From the NCBI GenBank assembly GCA_964360855.1, contig CAYHXV010000001.1:20042-84041 (forward strand): DNA of 64,000 nucleotides, in the 5' to 3' direction. A program made the translations under genes and the position numbers. The notes under the pieces were generated by a model. That model was given only the letters and a program-made list of their open reading frames with translations. It made no database searches and had not been told where the DNA came from. Positions 1 to 9,714 of the stretch are shown here, piece after piece. Position 1 is the stretch's first letter. Each line of letters starts with the position of its first letter. The stretch is from an uncultured Candidatus Saccharibacteria bacterium (lineage in GTDB: Bacteria > Patescibacteriota > Minisyncoccia > Phycocordibacterales > Phycocordibacteraceae).

Positions 1-823
1 CACGCTTTAATTCAGCAAGTCGTGCATCAAGTTCTTTCTTAATATCGTCCACTGCATGGAGTCTTTCCTCTTCGTTTGCCACGAAGTGCTTGGCAGGAAA
101 TACAAAGAGTGAGTCTGGTTCCGCAGTCTTCTCTCGAGAAATTGCATCGAGTGTCTCTATGCGACTTATCTTGTCTTCATCAAACACAATGCGATACAGT
201 ACCCGTTCGTTCACCGGTATAAGCTCCACCGTGTTCCCCACCGCTCTCAATTGTCCTGGAGACAGATCTGCGGTTGTTCGCAGGAAGTGAATGCCAATAA
301 GTTTTCGAATGAGCGCAGCACGATTCTCCACTGCGCCCTTTTCTAGTTTGATATGTACCTTCTCATACTGTGCGGGAGAGCCAAGGCCATAAATTGCTGA
401 AACAGACGCCACAATAATAACGTCTTTGCGGGTAAGAAGTGCCTGGGTTGCGGCATGACGCAGACGATCAATCTCGGCATTAATCTGCGCTTCCTTCTCT
501 ATATAGGTATCTGAGTGCGCCAGGTATGCCTCTGGCTGGTAGTAGTCATAGTAGGAAACAAAATAGTGGACGGCATTCTCCGGGAAGAATTCCTTGTATT
601 CTTGAGCCAACTGGGCCGCAAGTGTTTTGTTGTGTGCGAGCACCAGCGTGGGCTTATCGAGAGCAGCGATTACGTTTGCTGCAGTGAAGGTCTTGCCCGA
701 GCCCGTCACCCCAAGCAGGGTTTGGTGCCGCATGCCTTTCTTTAGGCCCTCGGAAAGTTTAGCTATGGCTGCAGGCTGATCTCCTGCAGGAGGGAATGGG
801 GTGTGGAGTTTGAAGTTCGCCAT
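1..823 (-). CDS. uvrB: Excinuclease ABC subunit B (UvrB), N-terminal ~274 aa; gene continues past window start
   Basis: Manual minus-strand translation from ATG at 821-823 gives MANFKLHTPFPPAGDQPAAI...GVTGSGKTFTAANVIAALDKPTLVLAHNKTLAAQL...YFVSYYDYYQPEAY, the UvrB Walker A and helicase motifs. The ORF is truncated by the window edge, so it is absent from the ORF track. Confidence 0.85.
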   Translation of the reverse strand, partial: MANFKLHTPFPPAGDQPAAIAKLSEGLKKGMRHQTLLGVTGSGKTFTAANVIAALDKPTLVLAHNKTLAAQLAQEYKEFFPENAVHYFVSYYDYYQPEAYLAHSDTYIEKEAQINAEIDRLRHAATQALLTRKDVIIVASVSAIYGLGSPAQYEKVHIKLEKGAVENRAALIRKLIGIHFLRTTADLSPGQLRAVGNTVELIPVNERVLYRIVFDEDKISRIETLDAISREKTAEPDSLFVFPAKHFVANEEERLHAVDDIKKELDARLAELKR

Positions 824-896
824 ACGTAGAGAGACGATACCATACCAGAGGTATACTGAGTCCAGGCATGTTCCTTGCCTTTTGCGGAGGTATGTT

Positions 897-1307
897 ATGA
901 GCATCCATACGTTAGCCTCGCATATATCTGAAGTACGAGACCGTGGACTCTCACTCAAGGACTCCTGGTTTGCACGGTTCGGCGACCTCGGAGCACAACC
1001 GGACTGGTTCGAGTTGTGGACAGTCGTCCCGCTCGAACACCTAACCACAGATGACCTCATCTGGGCACTTGTTGCGGCAGCACTAGATCCTGAAGCTGCA
1101 AACCTGGTTCTGTTTGTCTTTCCCGGCACGTGCATCAACCCGGTGCAAAAAATTGAGGATCTTGTAGGGGAACTTGCCGCATATGGATTTTCCCCATACA
1201 ACCTCGACTGGGCTTTTGAAGAATCAGATGGGGATCACGTGCTGTTCCTCTCGGTGTTTTCTGAGTCGGAGGCGTACCACGTCCAAGATTTGTTCTACCC
1301 AAACTAG
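897..1307 (+). CDS. Hypothetical protein (136 aa from internal ATG)
   Basis: ORF 801..1307. The 5' part overlaps the uvrB start on the other strand. An internal ATG at 897 is preceded by GGAGG 6 nt upstream. No recognisable domain. Confidence 0.4.
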   Translation: MSIHTLASHISEVRDRGLSLKDSWFARFGDLGAQPDWFELWTVVPLEHLTTDDLIWALVAAALDPEAANLVLFVFPGTCINPVQKIEDLVGELAAYGFSPYNLDWAFEESDGDHVLFLSVFSESEAYHVQDLFYPN

Positions 1308-1308
1308 T

Positions 1309-1343
1309 GCAGAGGGCCGGTCCTAGAGACCGGCCCTATCGCT
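1309..1343. terminator. Perfect 10-bp stem hairpin (AGGGCCGGTC-ctaga-GACCGGCCCT) between convergent genes
   Basis: Palindrome seen directly in the sequence, between the stop of the 897..1307 gene and the tgt stop. No strong T-tract on either side. Confidence 0.45.
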
Positions 1344-2577
1344 ATCCATAGTATTCCCGCACAAACTCCGCCCGATACTGCGCAAACCTTCCCTCTTCAA
1401 TTGCTTCACGAGCGCCATCCACCAAACGGGTGAGAAACGCGAGGTTATGCAGCGATGCAATGATTTGCCCAAGCATTTCACCACTGCGCAATAGATGCGC
1501 AACGTATGCCACGGTGAATCCTTCACTGCCGCTTGGAAGCGTCCTCTCTAGAGATAGCTCAGAAAGTGTCGTGATGTCACCCTTATACTTTTCATTCAAA
1601 ATATTCATCGCTCCTCCTTTCGTATAGAGCACCCCATGCCTGCCATGCCTAGTGGGTGAGACACAATCAAACGTATCCACACCGTGCGAAATCGCAAGCA
1701 ACAAGTCTCCTGGCTCCCCCACCCCAAGTCCATGCCGAGGCAACTCTTCTGGTAGCTCCTCGAGCGCTTCTAGGGTAAGGGCGAGCATGCTCTCTCCATA
1801 CTTCTTGCTGAAAGACCCTCCGAGACCAAAGCCATCAAACCCCATCGCAGCAATTGCGCGAGTACTCTCTCTTCGCAGGTCAGGAAACTGTCCGCCTTGA
1901 GCGATACCGTAGATGCCCTGAGTCTGGTTAGCACTAATGTTCTGTCGGTGTGCTTTCAACGAACGCTCTGCCCAGCGATGCGTACGGTACATTGCTTCCT
2001 TCTGATACTCATACTCGGCAGATGGAGAGGTGCACTCATCAAAAGCAAAGAAAAGATCAGCACCAAGTTTATGCTGTATCTCAACAGAACGCTCGGGAGT
2101 AAATCGGTGGAGGGAGCCGTCTAGATGTGAGGTGAAGGTGACCCCTTCCTCGTCTATAATGGCCAATTGCCCATGCTGGCTTTGCACGTCCGCATCAAAT
2201 ACCGAGACTCCTTGCTCTGTGGCATTCTTTTCTTCTTCGGACACCGTTTGAATATTCTTTCCAAACCCCGCTCCAAGCGAGAACACCTGAAAGCCACCAG
2301 AGTCTGAAATAGTTGGGCCACTCCAACCCATAAACTTTCCGAGTCCTCCAGCAGTTTCCACCAATGCTTCTCCGGGCTGAAGGTACAGATGGTACGTATT
2401 GGCAAGCACCACCTGAGTACCAAGCATTGTTAATTGCTCAGGGAGAATGCCCTTCACACCAGCCTTGGTACCCACGGGCACGAATGCAGGAGTACGTATA
2501 TCTCCATGCGGAGTGGAGAGCACGCCTGAGCGTGCTTTTCCTTCGCGAGCGCTAATTGAAAATCGAACGGGTCTCAT
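1342..2577 (-). CDS. tgt: Queuine tRNA-ribosyltransferase (tRNA-guanine transglycosylase)
   Basis: 411 aa. Motifs VPVGTKAGVKG, LFFAFDECTSP and HGVDTFDCVSPTRHGRHG (zinc site) are characteristic of Tgt. Confidence 0.9.
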   Translation of the reverse strand: MRPVRFSISAREGKARSGVLSTPHGDIRTPAFVPVGTKAGVKGILPEQLTMLGTQVVLANTYHLYLQPGEALVETAGGLGKFMGWSGPTISDSGGFQVFSLGAGFGKNIQTVSEEEKNATEQGVSVFDADVQSQHGQLAIIDEEGVTFTSHLDGSLHRFTPERSVEIQHKLGADLFFAFDECTSPSAEYEYQKEAMYRTHRWAERSLKAHRQNISANQTQGIYGIAQGGQFPDLRRESTRAIAAMGFDGFGLGGSFSKKYGESMLALTLEALEELPEELPRHGLGVGEPGDLLLAISHGVDTFDCVSPTRHGRHGVLYTKGGAMNILNEKYKGDITTLSELSLERTLPSGSEGFTVAYVAHLLRSGEMLGQIIASLHNLAFLTRLVDGAREAIEEGRFAQYRAEFVREYYG

Positions 2578-2635
2578 ATATAGGTACCGTATGGGGGAAT
2601 AGCGTATTTAGCAAGAAGGTGATGCCGCGGCGAAG

Positions 2636-2670
2636 CTTGACAAGAGGACAATACAGGTATATACTATGTA
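2636..2670 (+). promoter_or_regulatory. Candidate sigma70-type promoter (TTGACA ... TATACT/TATATA) upstream of the lipoprotein gene
   Basis: A TTGACA hexamer is followed 15-18 nt later by TATATACTA. It sits about 60-90 nt upstream of the ATG at 2727. Confidence 0.35.
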
Positions 2671-2726
2671 TGTACTTGCTCTTTCCGTATTTGGACAGAG
2701 CGCAACTCTGGAAAGGAAGTTTCCCC

Positions 2727-3293
2727 ATGACCAACAACAAAAGGACGTGGGGGCTCGTCCTCGCGTCGGCTGCTTCAGCTTTCGTTCTCGGTGGCTGCCA
2801 AACTGTTCCGGGGCCGTACAACGGTCTTGGTCGGGACGGCGCGTCCATGGTCTATGTTCACAAGAACCGGGACTATGGGCCCATGACGGCCGAAGAATAC
2901 GGCGTGGTCACCGACCATGCCAATGACTGCCTCGTCGATGGACGGCGGCAGATGGCCTCAGTCGGCGAGACGTCCGGCACCATGGCCGCAGTTGGTGCCG
3001 TCTCTGGCAGCATCAGTGGCTCCCTCGTCACGCAGTTCATTCCGGGAGGAAGGACCAGCGTGTACGGTCCCTACATCGGCACCATGAATGCTATCAACGG
3101 CGGAGTCGGGGGTCTGGCTATGCAGTCGTCCGTGACGACCAACTTTGTCGGCAGCTGCACCAACGGAGACTTGTCTGACCCTCTCACGCGCGAGAAGGTC
3201 CCGGGCGTCCACGCGTATCCGGCGCCGGTACGAAGCAACAACCGGACCGGCAGAGTTCCTTCCTGGATTACTGCCGCTCCCGCGACCGAGTAG
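2727..3293 (+). CDS. Putative lipoprotein, Gly/Ser-rich, unknown function
   Basis: Start ATG at 2727 with GGAAAGGAAG upstream. Signal peptide with lipobox (LASAASAFVLGGC). The longer ORF-track start at 2556 overlaps the tgt start region. Confidence 0.6.
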   Translation: MTNNKRTWGLVLASAASAFVLGGCQTVPGPYNGLGRDGASMVYVHKNRDYGPMTAEEYGVVTDHANDCLVDGRRQMASVGETSGTMAAVGAVSGSISGSLVTQFIPGGRTSVYGPYIGTMNAINGGVGGLAMQSSVTTNFVGSCTNGDLSDPLTREKVPGVHAYPAPVRSNNRTGRVPSWITAAPATE

Positions 3294-3313
3294 CGCTCTA
3301 CTTCAAACGACTG

Positions 3314-3346
3314 AACCCGCCCCTCAACAGGCGGGTTCTTTGTATT
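3314..3346 (+). terminator. Rho-independent terminator (CCCGCC-loop-GGCGGG + TTCTTTGTATTCTT)
   Basis: GC stem followed by a T-rich run, immediately after the lipoprotein stop. Confidence 0.6.
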
Positions 3347-3360
3347 CTTGTAAGGGAAGG

Positions 3361-3885
3361 CTACTTAACTTCGAGTAGTTCTACTTCAAAGATAAGGGTG
3401 GCGTTCGGGGGAATTGAACTGCCTGCTCCCTGACTGCCATACGCTAGGTCTGGTGGAATAATAAGTTGGCGCTTCCCGCCCACTTTCATACCCGCTACTC
3501 CCTGATCCCATCCCTTGATCACCTGCCCTGCTCCAAGTGCAAAGCTAAACGCCTGTCCTCGAGGCTTTGAAGCATCGAACACGGTGCCATCCGGAAGCAT
3601 GCCCACATAGTGAACAGATACCGTCTTACCAGATACCGCTTCTGCGCCCGTACCCACCACAATATCTTTTCCGGTGAGGGTGGTTGGTAATTGTGCAGGG
3701 GCACCTGCTGGTGTTTCATCTCCATTCATAGCGGTTGGTGAGGTGGTAAGGGTTGTAGTTGCGAACTCAGGCTCTGGCAAGTTCTGCGGAGCCATGAGGG
3801 CCGCGATGGGGGCTCCAAAGAACAGAAGACCCCCTGCTGCAACAACGGCGATAGCGACTGCAATTCCGGTGCCAGTGACATTCAT
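3361..3885 (-). CDS. Membrane-anchored FKBP-type peptidyl-prolyl cis-trans isomerase
   Basis: The C-terminal domain ([16 protein letters not shown]...[38 protein letters not shown]...[10 protein letters not shown]) is a canonical FKBP fold. The N-terminal hydrophobic segment looks like a membrane anchor. The ORF-track start at 3891 is a TTG; the ATG at 3885 is preferred. Confidence 0.85.
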   Translation of the reverse strand: MNVTGTGIAVAIAVVAAGGLLFFGAPIAALMAPQNLPEPEFATTTLTTSPTAMNGDETPAGAPAQLPTTLTGKDIVVGTGAEAVSGKTVSVHYVGMLPDGTVFDASKPRGQAFSFALGAGQVIKGWDQGVAGMKVGGKRQLIIPPDLAYGSQGAGSSIPPNATLIFEVELLEVK

Positions 3886-3914
3886 AGGCAAATTGATACT
3901 AAAAATTAATACAG

Positions 3915-4220
3915 TTAGTCGGCTTCCGACACGGCTAGTATATCATCCGCAATACTCTCCACAGCCTCTTGCACAGCCTGTTCAGCCCCCGGCACGCGGG
4001 TGGTCAAAAAGGCCTCGAGTGCCTCCTCATCTGCTTCTGCCTCCATAAGTGCGACAAACTCCTCTCGCGTTGGCTCGTCCATGTTCTCAATCATGCGCGC
4101 CAGGGAGCTTTTGAAGATAACCGAATTCAGATCAAGCAGCAATTCATTCTGCTCCTCAAGTGGAAGTGCGGAAAGATCGAGTGCGTCCATGAGTTTCTGG
4201 AAACGATTGGTATCAGTCAT
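3915..4220 (-). CDS. Small acidic hypothetical protein (101 aa)
   Basis: ORF is 2 nt downstream of the 913-aa gene. Very acidic, helical-looking sequence ([10 protein letters not shown]...[12 protein letters not shown]). No known domain recognised. Confidence 0.55.
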   Translation of the reverse strand: MTDTNRFQKLMDALDLSALPLEEQNELLLDLNSVIFKSSLARMIENMDEPTREEFVALMEAEADEEALEAFLTTRVPGAEQAVQEAVESIADDILAVSEAD

Positions 4221-4222
4221 AG

Positions 4223-6964
4223 TTACTTGATTCGACTAGTAAAGGCTTGTGGATCAATCACCCCAATCATTTCTGGACCCTCGGGAGTCACTCCAACATG
4301 AAACCCCGTACGAGGATCAAACACTGCACTGGTAATCCACTTCTGAGGGATACCGTTGTACATAGTGAGCTTCCCTGCTTCAAAGTATATTTTTTCACCG
4401 GGGTGTTCTCGCGCAAGTTCTTGTACCCGCCTCAAGAATTCGTTATTGGTGGCGTCCCCGCCGCCATACACCAACAGCTGCCTGCCGCCGGGCGCGGACT
4501 CATCCGGCACCCCATACAAGTGGGTCACTGCTGGCTCCACAGGAACCTGGTGTTCGTTTACGAATGGCTCAAGTGCGGACTGTACCGGAGCCTCAGGGGT
4601 AGCTGGGGGTAATTGCTCTGGGGCCGGAGGAGTAACCGTCGCCTGTTCAGGAACTGGTGCTGAGGGTGGAACCTGTTCAGGAACCAGAGCCGCAGGCTCG
4701 CTTGGTAGAGTGCTGTCTAGCTCTTCAGGCTGGGTGAGTGTGTTGTGATCAGAACCATCTACAAACGTCTCAGGAGTAAGTATGGGTGTTCCGCCCGCTT
4801 GTGCACGGTTGAGAGCGGCACTAGGATCTTCAACTGGTGCCGCCGCAACCTCGGGAGAGTGACTTGGTGCCTCCTGAATAGAAGCGTGGTGGCGCAAGTC
4901 TGGCTGCATGGGTCCATCAATGTGCTTGGTCACATACCCGTCCGGAGCTTCAGCGGTTGGTGCAGTGTGTTCAAAAACCAATTGTGGGTCCTTGCCCACC
5001 GCCTGATACCAGACATGCTGGTCGCTATCCACAAAGAGCTTGTCTCCAGGCTGCAGAGTAAGACTCTGTCCATCATGCGCCGCCCCTAGAGCATGCGTGA
5101 GGGCATTGGGGTTTTGCTCTAGGAAGTGTTTCAACTCAGGAGACGCGTGTTCAAGTGTCCCAACTTGGTGCCGCAAATCCACCAACAGTTGTCCGAACCC
5201 TTCTCCTGGTTTGGTACTTACCTCAAGCACTGAAGTGCTTGGTGCAGTTGGGTGCACGGGTGCAGCCTCTGTCCCTGTGTTGAGGGGTGCGCCCTCGTGG
5301 GGGGCTGGGGCTGCTGCTGCAGGCACGTCTAGATCAGTGCCTTGGTGAGTTGGGGTGGCATATTCGTATGATGCTGATGCTCCCCCAAACAGGTGATGGG
5401 TGTCTGGTGCTTCTACGCTGTGCTCGTGTCCCCCAGACGCATGATGACCAAAAAGAAATCCTAAGCCAAGTGAGGTAAAAGCACTTGCAATACGACTCTG
5501 ACGAGCAATTGATTCCTTAACTACAAGTGCCTCTTTTCTCTTTTGAGAAAGACGGCGCAAATTTTTCTCGTCTCCTAAATCACCAAGATCCTTTCGATTA
5601 GAAAGAAGTGCAGAAGCTTTTGTTTCAGTTCCTCGAAAATCATGGCCCTTCTCTATACCCATTTTAACCAGTGCACCAAAAGCACCACCCACACTGGTGA
5701 ACCGAGAAGCGCCTCCAATCCATTTCTTTGCTTCTGGATTCTTGCTTTTTTCTGCCCAAAATCGAAGCGCTGCAGACGTACCCGCAAGACCCAGCGGCGC
5801 AAGTCCAATGACACTTCCGCCAAGAAGGACGCCCGCAGCCGCACCAACACCAAGGAGAGCAGCGGATGTACCAAAAATACGCACTGCCGGAGGAAGTTCC
5901 TTATACCGTTCATAAAACTTATCGAGAGCTTTCTTGTCTCGCTCGTTAAGTCCCTCCTGGCGCTTTTCTAGCTCCCGTTCCTCAAGACCGTCCACAAACG
6001 TGCGCATGGTTACTACGCGTTCATACCGTTCCCGTAGTTTACTTTCATCAATAGAGCCCTTTCCCTTGTATTTCTTTAAACTTTCCAGAACGGCTTCTTT
6101 GGAGCGAGGTCGAAGTGCAAGTCGTGTGTCTAGGGCGGCCTGTTGCGCGGTGTAGTGCTCTGCGCGTGCGCGCACCCAGGCACGTCGTAGGTCCTTAATC
6201 TGAGTTGGAGTACCAAGCTCACCCACATAATTCTCAAGGGCAATGCCCGCAACACCTCGACCCTTGTGATATTCCTTCAACTTCTCGAAGTACAAACTTT
6301 CGGCGTTCTTAGATATTTCTTGCCGTTCCCCAAGTTCGCGCATTCGTCCAGGTACAAATGCCCGAAAAGGGTCTGTGCTTTGTGCTAACCGCGCCTTCTC
6401 ACTTGCAACGGCTTCTTCAAGAGCCGCTCTGGTCTCATGCGCAGTAGCATCTAGCGGTAAACCAGTTTCCGGATCAGAGTCACGCAGCATATCAGAAATA
6501 TCTGCCTTCTTTTCAACGATCTGCTCAACAGGCTCTTCTTGAGCAGTTGGAGCATCATCGAGAGGCACAGTCGGCGACTCTTCTGGTTGCAGCCGCTTCT
6601 TTAGCTTTTCTGGTTTAATTCCAAGAAACTTCGGTTTAGGTCCATCTTTAAAATCTGATTCTTTCTTAGGTGTCCCTCTTTTCCTGCGTGCTGCATCTCG
6701 AGCGCCTTTTGGTTTTCCGCCAAGACTCACGCGCACCTTTTCAGCTTCGTCTTGTATTGTGGGACCATCATTTGATACTGCTGCATTGCGGAGCGCCTCC
6801 TGAGCTCTCTCAAGATCCGTGAGGGGTGCTTTCTCAATCACTACCTCCGGCTGATTGATACCTGCTCGACGCGCCAAATCACTGAGACGATTCAATGGGC
6901 CTGATTCTGGACTCTTGGGTGCCATAGAATTAGGAAAGGTACCGCGCTCTAATAGTGCTTTCAA
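4223..6964 (-). CDS. Large membrane/low-complexity protein (913 aa); putative structural partner of the VirB4-family ATPase
   Basis: Lys/Glu-rich N-terminal ~380 aa. Central hydrophobic segments (IFGTSAALLGVGAAAGVLLGGSVIGLAPLGLAGTSAAL; ASAFTSLGLGFLF). A Pro/Ala/Glu-rich low-complexity region with nucleotide-level short repeats. Globular C-terminal ~100 aa. It overlaps the upstream ATPase gene by 35 nt, suggesting translational coupling. Confidence 0.7.
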   Translation of the reverse strand: MKALLERGTFPNSMAPKSPESGPLNRLSDLARRAGINQPEVVIEKAPLTDLERAQEALRNAAVSNDGPTIQDEAEKVRVSLGGKPKGARDAARRKRGTPKKESDFKDGPKPKFLGIKPEKLKKRLQPEESPTVPLDDAPTAQEEPVEQIVEKKADISDMLRDSDPETGLPLDATAHETRAALEEAVASEKARLAQSTDPFRAFVPGRMRELGERQEISKNAESLYFEKLKEYHKGRGVAGIALENYVGELGTPTQIKDLRRAWVRARAEHYTAQQAALDTRLALRPRSKEAVLESLKKYKGKGSIDESKLRERYERVVTMRTFVDGLEERELEKRQEGLNERDKKALDKFYERYKELPPAVRIFGTSAALLGVGAAAGVLLGGSVIGLAPLGLAGTSAALRFWAEKSKNPEAKKWIGGASRFTSVGGAFGALVKMGIEKGHDFRGTETKASALLSNRKDLGDLGDEKNLRRLSQKRKEALVVKESIARQSRIASAFTSLGLGFLFGHHASGGHEHSVEAPDTHHLFGGASASYEYATPTHQGTDLDVPAAAAPAPHEGAPLNTGTEAAPVHPTAPSTSVLEVSTKPGEGFGQLLVDLRHQVGTLEHASPELKHFLEQNPNALTHALGAAHDGQSLTLQPGDKLFVDSDQHVWYQAVGKDPQLVFEHTAPTAEAPDGYVTKHIDGPMQPDLRHHASIQEAPSHSPEVAAAPVEDPSAALNRAQAGGTPILTPETFVDGSDHNTLTQPEELDSTLPSEPAALVPEQVPPSAPVPEQATVTPPAPEQLPPATPEAPVQSALEPFVNEHQVPVEPAVTHLYGVPDESAPGGRQLLVYGGGDATNNEFLRRVQELAREHPGEKIYFEAGKLTMYNGIPQKWITSAVFDPRTGFHVGVTPEGPEMIGVIDPQAFTSRIK

Positions 6965-9656
6965 CCAACGCGCGATCTCTTCCGTAGGTAAGGAAGGATA
7001 GTTCGCGCAAGTCGTCTACTTGATCTGGATTGCCTGGACGCAGGTCAACCGTCTTCATGTTGAAGGGCTTTTGCGGAACTCCGCCAGAGAGAATACGCAT
7101 ATATGCATTGCGATTCTCAATATTAACGAAGTCGAGAGCGGTGAACACCGGAGCAAACTGTTTTGCAAAGAACTCCGCATCTTCCTCTCCCACGCGAAAT
7201 ACCGCCATGTTGCCCACGTTGCCAAATATAGCTCCCCTAATCTTCTCGTCTACTTGCGCTAAATACTGGTGCGCAATAGTGAGCGAGAGTTTATATTTTC
7301 GAGCTTCAGAAAGAATGCCGGGAATAGAGGAGGTGGTGATGTTCTGGAACTCATCAATGTAGAGGTAGAACGGTGGGAAGTTGGTACCCACTGAGTCTGC
7401 TCGAGAGAGTGCCGCCATGAACAACTTGCCCACAATAATGAGACCGAGGAGGTTAGCGTTTCGCTCTCCCAATCTTCCCTTTGAAAGATTTACCAGCAGA
7501 ATCTTCTTGTTGTCTATAATCTCACGGAACTTAAACGAGGACTCTTGCTGCCCAATGATCGGCCGCATGAAGTCGTTTGAGGTGAACTCATCAATCTTGT
7601 TGGTGATGTAGGGCACTAAATTCTGAAGCGATGCCTCACCCTCGGTCTTGGTGGCAATTTCATTCCAGAACTGATTCACCACCGGGTTGTTGCAGCGAGA
7701 AAGTTTTAGATTCCTAAATTCTGCGTTAGACATCACCCGACCAATGTCCATAAGGGTGGAGCCGGATGCAGGATCCTCCATTACTAACTGTGTTGCATTG
7801 GTGAAATACTGCACGAACATTGGTCCCATTGATTCAGGAACATCGCCATACAACTGTTGGAATATTGCCAGCATCTCATTCACAATGAACGACTTCTGCT
7901 CCGGTCTGCTCGGATCGTACTCAAGCATATTGAGTCCGAACGGTCGGTCTAGGTTTGCGGGATCAAAGTAAATAACATCCTCGTATCGCTCTGGCGGAAT
8001 GCTGGCCAGTACTTCTATAACATCGTTTCCGTGCGGATCGATAAAACAGACGCCATTGCCTGCGCGAATATCCTGATCAATAAGGGTACGGAGCATTCCG
8101 GACTTTCCCGAGCCCGTCTGTCCAATAACATATAAGTGTCGCAACCGGTCCTCTGGTGAAAGACGTATCTCAGATTCTTGTCCACGATAGGTGCTGGTAC
8201 CAAGTATCGTGCCCTCGGTAGGAAGTCCAATAGGAGCAGGGGCGCTCGCTGAGCGGGACTGCTTCAAATGCGGCGAAGACTCAATACCATCGGGAGGGAA
8301 GTGGAATACGGTGGTGAGCTCTCGAAGAGACAGAGGAAGGTTCGTGGCTTTCTCAAATAAACGAAAGGTGAAGTCACGAAAGAAACTCTTGAGACTCCCT
8401 GTATTTGGTCTACGAAATTCAAACCTGTTCCCTTTAGTATTTTCAAACTGATTAAACGGAGCTTCTATTTCAGCAAGGAGCTGCTCCGCACGCTCCTTCT
8501 GCATAGACGAAGCAACGATACGTATATTTGTCTGCACAATGGGAGCCGAGCGTTTTTTCTCCACCTGCTCAATTGCGGCTTCGTCCGTGGGTCGGATCTC
8601 GTCCAACTTTTTCGGAGACACAAACAAGCCTGCCGCCTCGCGAGCAAATTCACCCGCAAGAGTTTCTGGCAATGAAAATGCCCTTCCGCGCTTCTCACCC
8701 TTTCGCAGCTCATGCAGTATGCGCCCATAGTGCTCCACATAGTGGTTGCCGTTTGGTTTGAAGATAATTTGAAGAGACGCGCCCTCGTCCTCGGGAGCAA
8801 TCTTGGCGAAAGCGTTTAGAAGCGCATTCAGTGGGTCATAATCAAAATCCTGGTAGTCTTTGAGGGGCAACATTGGTCTATCTTTGAACTCCGCCACCGA
8901 ACCAGCAGCAGATCCCCCATCAACAAAGACGTTATAGTCGTTTGGTTGTGCTAAGGCCACCGCCTCAGGGAATATGGCATGCAGTTGTTTCTCGAACAGA
9001 TCGCAGCGAGAGTTTGGCACCGAGGCATAAAACATTAAGTGAGAGCGATCCACCGGTACTGCCAACTCAAGCGTCATATACGCGGGCTCACCGCTACGAG
9101 CTGTCTCAAGCGAAAGCATGCCTGAATAAAACTGTTCCATGCCAGAAACCAGTTCCCGCAGGGGGCGCACCCTGTTCCCTTCCTCCGTCTTGTGTTCGGG
9201 AAGCGCTATCTCATACAGCGTCATGTGCAGAGCCTTCCACTCTGGCTGATTCTCTGCGAGTCCCTGTATAGGCATACCGGCAATAAGGTACTGTACGAGG
9301 AAACGGTGGAAGTCGTCGTCCAAGTGCGGACTAGCGAGCTTCTCTAGTACCGCAAAGGCGTTGCGCACCCCTTTCTGTTCTAGCACCCCGCGCAGTTCAT
9401 TAATCGTCTCGTCCGAGCTTGCGGGATCAAGATTAAGGACAAGCTTTTCGGTCTCCTCGTGCGTTAGTGCATACCCCGGTGCAAAGGTATCCTCAGGAGC
9501 CGCGTACCGGTGGTGCACAATACGCTCTCGGGCAACCTCGGTACGTGGCCGTGATTCATTAAGCACTGCAAGTTCTGCTTCCTTGCTCGCAATTTGCTCA
9601 CGCAAATACGCAAGTTCCTCCTCGGGTGAGGTGATTGGGTTCAGGGGCCCTTCCAT
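6930..9656 (-). CDS. VirB4/TraC-like type IV secretion ATPase (FtsK/HerA superfamily; VirB4 vs VirD4 not resolved)
   Basis: 908 aa. Walker A GQTGSGKS is followed by CFIDPHGNDV (a T4SS DPxG motif). Walker B is FYLYIDEFQN. An ARKYKLSLTIAHQ (RK...AHQ) motif is present. The soluble ~500-aa N-terminal domain has no TM helices, which favours VirB4-like over coupling-protein architecture. Confidence 0.75.
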   Translation of the reverse strand: MEGPLNPITSPEEELAYLREQIASKEAELAVLNESRPRTEVARERIVHHRYAAPEDTFAPGYALTHEETEKLVLNLDPASSDETINELRGVLEQKGVRNAFAVLEKLASPHLDDDFHRFLVQYLIAGMPIQGLAENQPEWKALHMTLYEIALPEHKTEEGNRVRPLRELVSGMEQFYSGMLSLETARSGEPAYMTLELAVPVDRSHLMFYASVPNSRCDLFEKQLHAIFPEAVALAQPNDYNVFVDGGSAAGSVAEFKDRPMLPLKDYQDFDYDPLNALLNAFAKIAPEDEGASLQIIFKPNGNHYVEHYGRILHELRKGEKRGRAFSLPETLAGEFAREAAGLFVSPKKLDEIRPTDEAAIEQVEKKRSAPIVQTNIRIVASSMQKERAEQLLAEIEAPFNQFENTKGNRFEFRRPNTGSLKSFFRDFTFRLFEKATNLPLSLRELTTVFHFPPDGIESSPHLKQSRSASAPAPIGLPTEGTILGTSTYRGQESEIRLSPEDRLRHLYVIGQTGSGKSGMLRTLIDQDIRAGNGVCFIDPHGNDVIEVLASIPPERYEDVIYFDPANLDRPFGLNMLEYDPSRPEQKSFIVNEMLAIFQQLYGDVPESMGPMFVQYFTNATQLVMEDPASGSTLMDIGRVMSNAEFRNLKLSRCNNPVVNQFWNEIATKTEGEASLQNLVPYITNKIDEFTSNDFMRPIIGQQESSFKFREIIDNKKILLVNLSKGRLGERNANLLGLIIVGKLFMAALSRADSVGTNFPPFYLYIDEFQNITTSSIPGILSEARKYKLSLTIAHQYLAQVDEKIRGAIFGNVGNMAVFRVGEEDAEFFAKQFAPVFTALDFVNIENRNAYMRILSGGVPQKPFNMKTVDLRPGNPDQVDDLRELSFLTYGRDRALVESTIRARYLS

Positions 9657-9659
9657 GCC

Positions 9660-9700
9660 TTTAATTATACGACAGAGTCGCTAGTTCTAACGACAAAAAC
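9660..9700 (-). promoter_or_regulatory. Candidate promoter with perfect TATAAT close to the ATPase start (short leader)
   Basis: The minus-strand reading ...gtcgTATAATtaaaggcATG places a perfect TATAAT about 7 nt before the start codon. The -35 is weak (TTAGAA). Confidence 0.3.
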
Positions 9701-9714
9701 TGTATACAAACAAA

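Noticed and set aside
4247-5971. Multiple plus-strand ORFs (100-130 aa) inside the 913-aa gene region
   Set aside because: All are antisense to a long, continuous minus-strand ORF. They have a Pro/Gly/Ala-rich composition typical of GC-rich antisense frames.
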